The notes under the pieces are model-generated. The model did no database searches, was not told the DNA's origin, and was given only the letters and a program-made list of their open reading frames with translations. A program made the position numbers and the translations under genes. Positions 24,801 to 35,734 of a stretch of 58,915 nt of DNA are shown here, piece after piece. The stretch covers positions 1-58,915 of the forward strand of contig BLSG01000330.1 of the NCBI GenBank assembly GCA_012862495.1, in the 5' to 3' direction. Position 1 is the first letter of the stretch; each line of letters begins with the position of its first letter. Origin of the DNA: Thraustochytrium aureum (taxonomy: Eukaryota).

Positions 24801-27800
24801 AGCTGGGCGTGTACTGCGGGATGGCGCACGGCGATCTAAACGCGGGAAACATCGTAATTGACGCACGCGGCGTGCCTTGGGTGATCGACTTTATGCACAG
24901 CGGCTTGCGCCACGTCCTTTTCGACCTCGCCAAGCTCACCTCCTGCGTGCTCCTCGAGTACATGGAGATCGAGCACCCTGAGCAGCTTCAGAGCGGCATC
25001 CGGCTCGTCGACGCTCTTGCGCGCTTGCGCAACTCGCTCAGCGAGAGCCTGCCGGACGATATCGGCCGCGAGATCGTTCTGCCGATCCTCGAGTCCTCGA
25101 GGCCCATGGCCTGGAAAAAGGAGAAACTCGGCAAGCTGCAAATGGCCTGGCAGACCTGTCGGATGCTCCGCGAATTCTGCGCAAAGTACGTCCGAGAGGC
25201 CGACAGCATGCAGCAGCTCAATGCCGCAATGCTGTACTTTTCCATTCGCGCGCTTTCCTTCAAAGACACTTCGTTGCTGCAAAAGCGCCTGGCGCTCGCC
25301 AGTGTTATGGTGCATGGCGCGGAGCTCATGGGCTTTACGAGGCGCCGCCGCTCCAACGTGTCCGACATGCGTGCGCGCCCTGTCGTGCAACCGTCGCTGC
25401 AGCTCTCGGGAACTGTTGGCCACCTCTTGTCCAAGTCGAACTCGACGAGCGCACGCAGCATCGCAGAGGAATCTATGCTCACCCCGTGCTCGCAGCTGAC
25501 CACGAAATTACGCTACGAGGTGCATATGCGCAGCTACTTGAGTCGAATCGCCGTCAAGTGCGGGTACCACATCGACCCAGTGTCGCGAGACCTCTTCAAA
25601 ATCAAGGATACCGTCACGCTGCACGTTCAAGCCTTCACCGCAGCCCATGCCGGCTCGCGCCGCTACCGTGGCAAAGTAAACCCCAAGACATTCTTGGCCC
25701 TCGATACGCTGGGCCCAGGGCCGGCGGAGCCCTCTCGAGTTTCCGCCCCAGGCAGCGAGCTTGCAGCCAAGGCCAGTATCGCGCGGGCCAACTCTGAGCG
25801 CGCCCACATCGAAGCCTCTGTAGCGCCAAGCGCCAAAGTTGGCCGTACGAGCGTGGCGTCGGAAGCGGGAATCAGGGACCGCGTGTCGAGCACCCCCATC
25901 AAGTTCAACTCGCGGCCAGGGGCGAAGCGGCGCAAGCCACCTCCTCTGCAACTCGCCAAGCACGCAAACTCGAGCGGCGGCGAGGCGTTCTTTCGCGCTG
26001 CGAAAGAGCTGCTCAGCGTCGACCTTCTCTCGCACTCCCGCGTTGCAATTTGCGGTCCATCGTCTTGCGGGAAGACAGTTCTTCTGAAAAAGCTCGTGTC
26101 GTTTGCGCTTCAGGACCAGGGCTTCTTCACGCCAGTTTACATCGAGCTGCAAGACATCTGCAAGTTCTTGCGCCGCCGCGTTGACAAGGTGACTATGTAC
26201 CCCGCGAGCAGGAACCGACGGGAGTCCGCCGCGGCCTCGCCCGGCAGCCCGCTGCTGGACGGCCAAGACGCACGGCAGGGTGCGCCGTCCTACCTAGATT
26301 TTATGGCCCTTGGGACGTCGCAGCGGAGCGACCTCTCCGCCCCTTCGCGGCCAATTTCCTCACTGGCGAAGGCGGCGCACTACTTTGCAGAGAGTCCTTC
26401 ACGACTGCGCAACCTTGCCGCCCAGAGTGGAAACGCGCAATCGAACAAGCGCGCCACAAGCAAGCTGCAGCAGCGCGACATCTTGCGCATGCATCAGCAA
26501 GAGGTGTTGCTCTCGCCGAAAGCAGCCCTGTACAAGAGCAGCGCGCATGACGGCGCCTCCGCGGGCCATGCCAAGCGGCAGTCTGCGCAAACGCAACGAC
26601 GAAGCTCTTCGCAGGCCTCCAGCACGACTGATTTTGCCACCAAGTCGTTCGGCACCCAGCACGGCCTAGACAGCGTGAGGAGTCGCAAGCGTCACCAGCG
26701 GACGATCCGTGTCAAGCAGCTTTCGATTCAGCAGCACGAGCCGAGCGTCGGGCTTGGACTCAGTATCCTTGAGCTCTTCTGGGCGCACCGTTTCGGCGAG
26801 CGTTCTCCCGTGTTTCTGATGCTGATGGAGGCGCTGCAGAGCAACCAAATCGTTCTCTTCCTGGACGGCCTCGACGAGATGCGCCCCGAAACGCGGCAGG
26901 ACCTCCTTCTTTGGCTTGACACGCAGCCGAGCTTTTTTTGTCATCCTTACTACGCGCAACGAGAGGGACCTTCGCGCACAGGTGCAGCGATTCGCGACTG
27001 TCAACATCCTCCCGGTCCACGACACGCATGTGCGCGAAATGATCCGTACGCACGTGAGGCGGTTCAAGGGCGCCGAGGAGGAAGGTCAAGAGGACAGCGC
27101 CAGCCACGCCCTGGCTACATTTCTGCAGCACGAGCTGCGCAAGCCGGTCTTTAAAGAGATCGTGTCGGGCGCCCCGCTCCTTGTGAGCCTGCTGCTCTTC
27201 GCGCTCACAAACCACTGGAAGAGCAGCAACGCGGCCAACCGGGTCGATGCCGATTCTGCGCACACCGCCGCAAGCAGCGAGACGCAATTGGTCCCGGCCC
27301 TCCCGTCCCCTGCCGCGGCGCACGCCGCAGCGTCTCATTGAGGACATCGATTGGGGTGTTCCGCAGATCTTGCAGTTCGCGGTCCTGCACATGATTCAAG
27401 CCGAACGACGAGGAGGCAACCGTAGCCTCGAGCAATGCACCAAACTCTGCATGGCGGACGACGGTATCGCCTTTTTCGAGTGCATGGCCTTCATCCTGCA
27501 CGTGAGACGAAAGTCAAAGTTTGCACTTGGACAGTGGTCGGTCGAGTCGCTCCAGATCTACGACAGCTCGCACGGGCTCTCGTCTGGGCGCACAACTGCA
27601 GCAACGGGGCTGCGCGTTGCCAATTCTGTGGCGAAACTCGTCAGGGCCGGCTGCCTGAGCTTGCTGCAGCTCGACTCGAACGAGCACGGGCGGCTCTGGC
27701 TCGATCGACCGTGCCGGTTCTCAATCCACGTCCTGCAAGAGTTCCTTGCCGCAAGCCACCTCGCCAAGTGCATCCAAACGCTGGCCGCCCAGCCAACGCG

Positions 27801-28979
27801 CGAAGGACTGCAGGCTTTTTTCATGCGCATCAACGTTACCAGCAAGGACCAGGGCAAGGCAGAGGCCCTCGGCGACCTCGCCAGCGAGATCGACGTCGGC
27901 GACAGCACCCTGCACGAAGAGATTGAAGTGGGCAGCCACGCAGATCGAAGCGGGAGGGCAGAGCGTGCTCGAAGTGGGGAGCTCGCGCACACTGGCGACA
28001 TTGCTGAGAGCGAGGACGAAAGCGACGAGGACGCTTCTGAGGAAGACGACGTTTTCTCGGACGACTCGGACAGCTCGGACGACTCGACGGACGACGAAAG
28101 CACGCTTTCCTCAAGTCTCTCTTCCACGATATTTTCAACATCGCGGCGAACGGGTCTTGGCGCTATGCGCAAAATCAAGCTTCTTGTTGACCCCTGGTGG
28201 CAGTCGGTCATGTACCTGGCGTTCAAGCAGCTCATCCCGCACGACATCCGCGGTGAGATCTGCGAGCAGGTTTTGATCACGCTGTTTGAGCTCAGCGGCC
28301 GCAACCGCTTTGCCGCGCAAGTGGCTCGCTTCTGCAGATTTATCGTGCGAACGGGAGACGACGCTCTCCTTGCCACCCTGCTTGGGGCCATGCAGCGCGT
28401 CCCAGAGCTTGCCGCTGCTCGCGTTCTTCGTCTGGTCCTTGAACCAGCAGACCCGGCTCACTCCAGTCTGCTCCTCAGTGCGGGGCGCAGAGGCCACGTA
28501 TTTGTGCTCAGGCTTGTACTCGACTTTGCCTCGCTCGAGCCCGACATTGACGTCGCCGCGTACATTAACCGCCCACACTCTTCGGGGAGACGGCCCTGAC
28601 TCACGCCGCAGAGCATGGCCATACGGATTGTGTGCGGCTTCTCCTGGAGCACGGAGCAGATGTCAAGCATGCGATGGCTCCGAGCGGCGCGAATGCGCTG
28701 TACCTGGCTTGCTTTGAGCAGCATATGGACTGCGTTCGTCTGCTTCTTGATGCCGGAGCAGATCCCAACTCGTCGTTTGAGGGCTCGACTTGCCTCTTCA
28801 ACGCCTGCGTCGATGCGCATGTCGAACTATGCAGGGTGCTTCTCGAGGCGGGCGCCTCGGTGTCGATGATTGTACCGTCTGGGCAGAGCGCCCTGGACGT
28901 TGCATATGCGACTGGCAACCCGGAGCTGATTGATCTTCTTGTCAAGTACACGCAGGCAGCACCAGGAGATACCATCTGA
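21874..28979 (+). CDS. Very large NLR-like STAND protein: kinase/phosphotransferase-like domain + NACHT NTPase + ankyrin repeats (frameshifts ~26935, ~27330, ~28590; 5' end in or near gap)
   Basis: Kinase-like: GGFSGSIV (23852), VLKLD, HGDLNAGN (24827), WVIDF, DLAKL. NACHT: GPSSCGKT (26054), VYIEL, IVLFLDGLDE (26849), VILTTR, GAPLLV, FSIHVLQEFLAASHL (~27720), PWWQSV. Ankyrin: GANALYLACFEQHMDCVRLLLDAGADPN and others. Confidence 0.82.
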
Positions 28980-29302
28980 CTACAACAAACACGCTCAACT
29001 TTATTATTATTCGCAGCTGAATCGCTCATCACTAGGTACCTATCTTCAATTGATTTCATCAATCAGGAAAGAACAAAGCCCAAGCCGAACAGATCAAATG
29101 AGCGACCGGCAGGCTGTCAGCAGCGCAAGGGTTTTGGATTTACAAATCGCCCACCAGCCCGCTCCTCAAAGCCAAGGCGCTTCAGCGCGCAAAATAAGCT
29201 CGAAGCTCGAGCACCAAAGCTGCTGATCACGTAAACTCGTTCACCATACATACCCGCCAAGATCAAGCGATGCCCGGCGCCTGATTCCGCTTGCTCTTTG
29301 CG

Positions 29303-30054
29303 CTACCCTTCGGCAGGACCCGGGTTACCCGCGACGGCCTCGTCGCCGGTTCCGATGGCCTGGTCGATCAGGGGCGTTTCATCTGTTTGCGAGGCGTCGT
29401 CCCGCACAAGCAGGCCCTCTTGAGCCGATTCAGCTCCTTGCGACGGCAGCGACGGCGGCGGCGGCGAAATGACATAACCGAAAGAGAGCAATAGCTTGAG
29501 GGTGTTCATCGCAGTGACTGCGTTTCAGGCCGGTTTGTTAGCCACCACAGCGCCAAGAGGCGCCCCCGTCCCTACAATCGCGGAATAAACTTACTTTTGT
29601 CGTAGCTTTTCTCCTCGTCGCTGAGTGCTTCGTAAGGGATCAAGCACGGATGATGCTTGAGCTCGTCGTTGCGCTCGGGCCCCCAAACCCACCCTTGCGC
29701 GATACGTTGCTCAGCCCAGCACTCGTGCGCGTTCTCCGACAGCTTTTCTGTCAAGTCGACAAGATGTGTCGGCAAGTCGAAGCCAGCCGTATCCCGAGGC
29801 ACGGGCACATACGTTGCGTTTGAAGCCTGGAAGAGCTCGACCAGCCTGTCGCGCTTGTCAGCCGGGACGTTGCAGGCATCCTCGAGAGCCCCTACCAAGC
29901 ACTTGAAAGTGGCGTCCTTGCTCTCCCAGTCTTTGACAGCCGCAGCCTTCAGCTCGGTCGCATTTTCGAGCAAAGCCTGCTTGACGCCCCCAAGGCTTTC
30001 GTCCTTGCTCACGAGGTCGCCGACCTGCCGCTCGACGCTGCCGCCGGCTCCCAT
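29303..30054 (-). CDS. Small RyR-repeat (ryanodine receptor repeat) domain protein with N-myristoylation motif; exons 30054-29595 and 29517-29303
   Basis: MGAGGS start; LTEKLSENAHECWAEQRIAQGWVWGPERNDELKHHPCLIPYEALSDEEKSYD. A 77-nt GTAAGT...CAG intron (29594-29518) restores KITAMNTLKLLLSFGYVI. Confidence 0.88.
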
Positions 30055-30689
30055 GACGTCTCCTCGTTCAGCAGAGGGCCAGCCTCTCAGCACTCAGCGC
30101 CGCACGCTGGATGCGGTCGCCAACAGCGCACAGCCCAGCGGCGCGTTGTCAACCCGTCGTGCCCGTGCGCACGAGAGCTGCAAGTTGAGAGCTTGGCGCT
30201 CCTCGCAATCCAGGCGCGATGTGCGTGGACCTTTCGCAATCGCTCGACGCGGCCGGGGTCGAATGCACGCGGCGCACGATGGAGCCAGTGACGGCGCGCC
30301 GTCCGGTGGTCGCGCCTGGACGCGACGCAGGTCTGCGCCCAATTTGCTCAATCAACAACTCCCTTACTCACACTTCTCCAACGGATCTTTCGGTGTTGCA
30401 GGGGACAGAGGGAGCCTCACCAACGTGCACGAGGAGGCCTCGGGCCGCTCTGCGCATGGCCGAGCGCTGCTTGTGGAGATCCTTTTGAAATGGGGCTTCT
30501 GGTCGTCTTGGCGATTCGCTCTTGCTCGACTTCACTTTATGGCTGTGTGATGCGCGCGCGAACGTTGTTCAGGCCGCTGCGCGGCAAGGAGGCTCGCGGT
30601 TTGAGCTGCCCGCTGCTCGACTTCTCCACTACGCCAGGTAGGGAAAGGAAGGCTGTGAACAGATTGCTCTAATAGTGCCATGGTACCTG

Positions 30690-32662
30690 CTAAAGGCCTT
30701 GCTCGGCCGCCGCGGAGGTGCTGAGCGAGCCGGCGGCTCGCCTGGCCTTGGTCTCCCCGGCCTGCACTCGCGGCTTTACATCACCTTTCGGTTGCTTCCC
30801 GTCAGGACCATGCAGCCTCGTCTTGGCATCCTGGTGCTGCGCACGCCTGAGTTTCACCTTGCCAACGTGAAAGTCCTTGGGCAGAAAGCCGATCCTGGAC
30901 AATAGGGTTGACGCCATTTCCAAGTGCTGGTGAACGCGCTTCTCCAGCGCCTGGTTCAGCTGCGTCGTCTCGAGCACGAGCGCCTGCGTCTGATATGCGT
31001 TGTACAATCGGCGCGCCAGCCCACCCACAATAGGAGGCGATAAGACCTCGAAATGGTGGTTGTGGTCCTTGATATGCGCGTTCATGGCCGAGACCATCAG
31101 CTCTGCCATCGGAAGAGCGTTCGGTGTCGCAATGACGGAGCTACCTTTGCTAAACTTTGGATTGGAGAGAAGCTGCTGCTGATCACTCTCGTCGATATGT
31201 TTTCATTCCTCTTGAGCTGGGTATAGTACCCCCACCCTTCGTGAAGGTCCAAGAAAAGCTTTGGCTTGAGCTGTCTACAAAGCTCCCAGATGCTGTGCGA
31301 GAGCAGGGTGGTGGGCTCCAAGCCCACGTCAGCGGGGAAGTCCCTGTTCAGATCGTCGTGGTGGCTGGAAGAGGTCAAGTTCTGCTCGTGCTCCAAAATG
31401 TGGTCTTGCGCGCTCTCCTTTTCTGGAACGTAGCGCGTGTGGCGTTCGATGCCACGGCGGTTGAGTTTGTCAATGACGATCAAGCGGCCCGCACGAGGAG
31501 TCCAGGTCTTTATGATGCCTGCGGCCTCGAAACCGGCCAACTCGCGGCCGTGCACGCCACCGACAATCATGGCCAGCGCGGCGCGCTTGTCGGGAATGTC
31601 CACCAGCTTTGGGGCACTGATGACGTAAAACGAGGTCGCAAAGCTCGTCCCCGCGGCGAGGGCGCACTTAATGGCCCGGTTCGGCAGCTTGGTCTCCGAG
31701 CAGTTGTATGCGCCGAGCGTCGCAGAAACGTCGCCGGCGAATGCGCTCAATGCGGGGAGCTCCGCTTGGTCAACCGGGACACCTTGATTCGCCCCGAGCG
31801 GCTCGCTTTTAGCGCTAGGGCTGCCTGGCCGCGACGCTGTGCCATTGCCCGTTGTGGCGCCGTCGTGGGCTTGGCCCGAGCGCAGATTGCCTTGTGTGCG
31901 CCGCGTTTGAGAATCGAGCGGGGGGGGCTTCTGCCCGCCTTGCTCCAGTTTGCTCTTCGCCTCGCCGGTGAGCACTGCATTTGATTCCCTGGGCAGCGGT
32001 TCCTCGCCCGTTTCGTCGCTATCTGTTGAAAACCCGACCAGAGGCTGGCCGCGCACAAAGAGGCCGTCGTAGTGCGCATCGGTGCTGAAAACTTCGTGGA
32101 GCACGGACCCGCGCTTGCAAGTGTCAGCGTGAAGATTGCCCCAGTCGAACAGTTCGATCTGCACAACGCGTGCGGTGGCCCAGTTGGCTGGCGTGAAAAC
32201 CAATCCTGACGGGGAGAAACGCGCGAAGCAACCGCTCTCGTCAGAGAGTGTAATTGCGACGTCGTCCCGCGGACGCGTATTGAGCTTTACCTCGTAGGTC
32301 GTGGGCGAGAGTGAGGTAAGAACAAGTCCATCCACGGCGCCTCTGAACCGCTCATCGAGATCGCCATTGAGTGCTGCGACGGCGCCGACTTCGACGGGGT
32401 CCTCCCCACCGGTATCGGCGCGGAAAGCAGCGCGCGGCACAATGGCGGGCCCAGCCCCTTCGTCGTGGCGGTTTGGCGAAAGACGCACTGGCCCAGCGTT
32501 GCTTCGAACTGACGTCGCCTTGAACGACACGCCACTTGGAGTGACAAGAGAAAGGTAGCTCTGGATGACGACGTCCACAAAGATCAACGCGAGCAGAACA
32601 AGCAGGCAGACCCTCACGCGGTTTACCCTTCGCCGTCGCGTGCCGACGTTTAGCACAGCCAT
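30690..32662 (-). CDS. Membrane-anchored M14-like zinc carboxypeptidase (AstE/AspA or M99-like) with a beta-sandwich segment; frameshift ~31160
   Basis: N-terminal TM (VCLLVLLALIFVDVVI); LVFTPANW motif; Zn ligands GGVHGRE, DLNRDFP, LDLHEG; C-terminal LVLETT..RVHQHL. Confidence 0.72.
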
Positions 32663-32762
32663 TGTGTTCGATATCCCGCCGCCTCGCCGCCTAGCGAGAG
32701 TCGGTCGGGCTCGCGTCGGCCGCCTGTTTTGTCACCCACTTTCGCCAGATCACGGCGGCCAG

Positions 32763-32806
32763 GCCTTGGCCACCGCCGTGCCCCGCCTTGGCCACCGCCG
32801 TGCCCC
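32763..32806. repeat. Perfect 22-nt tandem duplication (GCCTTGGCCACCGCCGTGCCCC x2)
   Basis: Read directly, upstream of the M14-like gene. Confidence 0.8.
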
Positions 32807-35151
32807 GGGGCCTTCCCGCGGCGTCCGCAGGCCGTCTGCGGTCGGCGCCAGCGGCTTGGGGCCGCACAAGCACCAAGGATCCCTTGGAAGGCGCGAAACA
32901 GCACGAAATCCTCGGGCTCCTCGACGGGAGACCCGACCAATCTGAGCAGCAGCCTCCGCCGCAGCCTCCAGAATAGCCCGCACTGTGCGTACTCGAGCCG
33001 CGAGCTGCACTGCGGTTCGCGCTCCTGCGTCAGGCGCCAAGGCGGACTGCCTGCCACACGGACAGCTCGCGACTCACCTCGCGTATGTAGCCGGCGAGCT
33101 TGCTAGATCCCGAAATGGCCGCCGCCTGCGCGCAATGCGCGCAGGCCAGCCAGCGCGCAGCGGCCCGCTCGCGAGACCTTTGGCTGGCCGGCAGTCCAAG
33201 CGCCGACGGGCTTCTCGCGCCGGGCTCGGGGCGCGGCCTGAAGGGCTCGGGCGGCCAGCCGGATGGCGGCGAGGCGACCTTCGACCGTCTCGTGGACGCG
33301 ACCGTTCTGCTGCGACACCGCGCGGCTGCGGGACGCGCGACGGCAGGGCGAACGGGTTGAGGCCAGGCGGTTGGCGTGTTTTCGATTGTGCTGCAATGGC
33401 TCGTTTTTTAGTTGTCATGTGCGGTCTGTAGTCGCGGAGCAGGGCGCCTCGCTCGCGGGAAAGAAATGCTCAAGCGCTTGCCAGCGCCNNNNNNNNNNNN
33501 NNNNNNNNNNNNNNNNNNNNNNNNNNNNNNNNNNNNNNNNNNNNNNNNNNNNNNNNNNNNNNNNNNNNNNNNNNNNNNNNNNNNNNNNNNNNNNNNNNNN
33601 NNNNNNNNNNNNNNNNNNNNNNNNNNNNNNNNNNNNNNNNNNNNNNNNNNNNNNNNNNNNNNNNNNNNNNNNNNNNNNNNNNNNNNNNNNNNNNNNNNNN
33701 NNNNNNNNNNNNNNNNNNNNNNNNNNNNNNNNNNNNNNNNNNNNNNNNNNNNNNNNNNNNNNNNNNNNNNNNNNNNNNNNNNNNNNNNNNNNNNNNNNNN
33801 NNNNNNNNNNNNNNNNNNNNNNNNNNNNNNNNNNNNNNNNNNNNNNNNNNNNNNNNNNNNNNNNNNNNNNNNNNNNNNNNNNNNNNNNNNNNNNNNNNNN
33901 NNNNNNNNNNNNNNNNNNNNNNNNNNNNNNNNNNNNNNNNNNNNNNNNNNNNNNNNNNNNNNNGTGCCGAAACGAGAATGCAATGGTCGAGGCTCCAGTC
34001 GCATGCTTAACCCGCTCTCGAAAGCCATGCGAGTTGAGTTCCCATCCTGTGTTGCCAGCCTCTGCCCACTGCGGATCGGTGTGCGCCAAGGCGGCGGACC
34101 TCTGCGCCGTTCAGGAGCGGCCTTTGCCAGTAGTTTCAGCAAAAATGGCCATGTGGCACTTCATCCCCCGTCGTCCAAGTCCGAAACAGGCTCCAAAAGA
34201 GGCTCTAGATTGGGACCGCTTGTCGAGGTGCCATGGGTCTCGGTGCCAGTCCCCTCAGGGCCGTCTGGGTTCAGATCGATTGAAAGGCAAAAGAGCCGTC
34301 CAGGCGGGGCCGCCCGCTACAGCTGCAAGCTTCACTTTTCACTTGCCTACCTATTTCCCCAATTTCAGCGACGATCGAAACGCGGGACGCTTCACCAGCA
34401 ACTTGCAGCAACTTGCAGCAACTTGGCACTTGGCTTTCGGTGACTCCTGGAGCCCAGGCTGGCTCCTGGACGTCCCCGGCAAAGGCGCAAGCACTGGCAG
34501 CGCCGCCTCGCGAGTCCTGGCAAAATCGACAGCCGCGGTGGTGGAGTAACTCGTACGAACGGACATCGTGCAGTGAACCACTTCGACGGCGGCAGGCCGA
34601 GCACGCGGGGCGTCGTCCATTCCTCTTGCGGGCCGAGCCTCTCGAGTCCCCTCTGCGCCTCGTTCGCCTCGTTCGGCACGCAGTTTCNNNNNNNNNNNNN
34701 NNNNNNNNNNNNNNNNNNNNNNNNNNNNNNNNNNNNNNNNNNNNNNNNNNNNNNNNNNNNNNNNNNNNNNNNNNNNNNNNNNNNNNNNNNNNNNNNNNNN
34801 NNNNNNNNNNNNNNNNNNNNNNNNNNNNNNNNNNNNNNNNNNNNNNNNNNNNNNNNNNNNNNNNNNNNNNNNNNNNNNNNNNNNNNNNNNNNNNNNNNNN
34901 NNNNNNNNNNNNNNNNNNNNNNNNNNNNNNNNNNNNNNNNNNNNNNNNNNNNNNNNNNNNNNNNNNNNNNNNNNNNNNNNNNNNNNNNNNNNNNNNNNNN
35001 NNNNNNNNNNNNNNNNNNNNNNNNNNNNNNNNNNNNNNNNNNNNNNNNNNNNNNNNNNNNNNNNNNNNNNNNNNNNNNNNNNNNNNNNNNNNNNNNNNNN
35101 NNNNNNNNNNNNNNNNNNNNNNNNNNNNNNNNNNNNNNNNNNNNNNNNNAG

Positions 35152-35424
35152 CTCCGGCACGACGCCACGCAAGGAGCGAAGACGAGTACGAACCACAAGC
35201 TCGCAGAGCTGGTACAAACGTTTGCGGGGGACATGTTTGAGGCGGCGCAGGGCAGGGGCGTGCCTGAGGTGGAGAACGCGTTTGCCGCAATCGCTCAGAT
35301 TGCAACAGTGGTGAGCGTGCCCAAGCAGCCGCCGTTCGCGTTCGAGCCTGCCGAGCAAGACGCTGCCATCCAGAAGGCTGAGGCCATGATCAAGTATGCT
35401 CTTAAGGCAGCGGCCAAGCGTTAG
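35152..35424 (+). CDS. 3' fragment of a hypothetical protein (5' part in gap)
   Basis: Open frame with protein-like composition and GC3-biased codons, ending ..MIKYALKAAAKR-stop. Confidence 0.45.
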   Translation, partial: LRHDATQGAKTSTNHKLAELVQTFAGDMFEAAQGRGVPEVENAFAAIAQIATVVSVPKQPPFAFEPAEQDAAIQKAEAMIKYALKAAAKR

Positions 35425-35734
35425 CTGGGCAAACTCGGGCCTCGCGCGCGGGGGCGCCTCAATTGAACAGTGGTGGTGGTTTTGAGGCCATATCTCGAAC
35501 AGAAGAAAATAATCAGTTGCCGCAAAAGCGCAGAGTATCAAGAGCGTCGACCAGCTGTGCACGTATCCGGTGCCTTTGTGGCAACGCTGGCCCGTCTTCG
35601 GTCACATCGCCCGCGCTCCTTTACGAAGCAGTCGGCGCCTTTGCAGGCCGCGGCCGGAAGCAACCCGAAGCCTCCAGCAGCAGCAAGCCAGCCGGCTGTG
35701 TGCGCGCGTGTGCCTCTGAGACATCCGCCCCCGC

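Noticed and set aside
27558..28391. Long antisense ORFs opposite real genes (also e.g. 5339-6343, 39752-40708, 56333-57595)
   Set aside because: Expected shadow ORFs from high-GC3 codon usage on the coding strand.
32900..35150. Long ORFs spanning N-gaps
   Set aside because: Their length is an artefact of translating N runs; the flanks show no recognisable protein.
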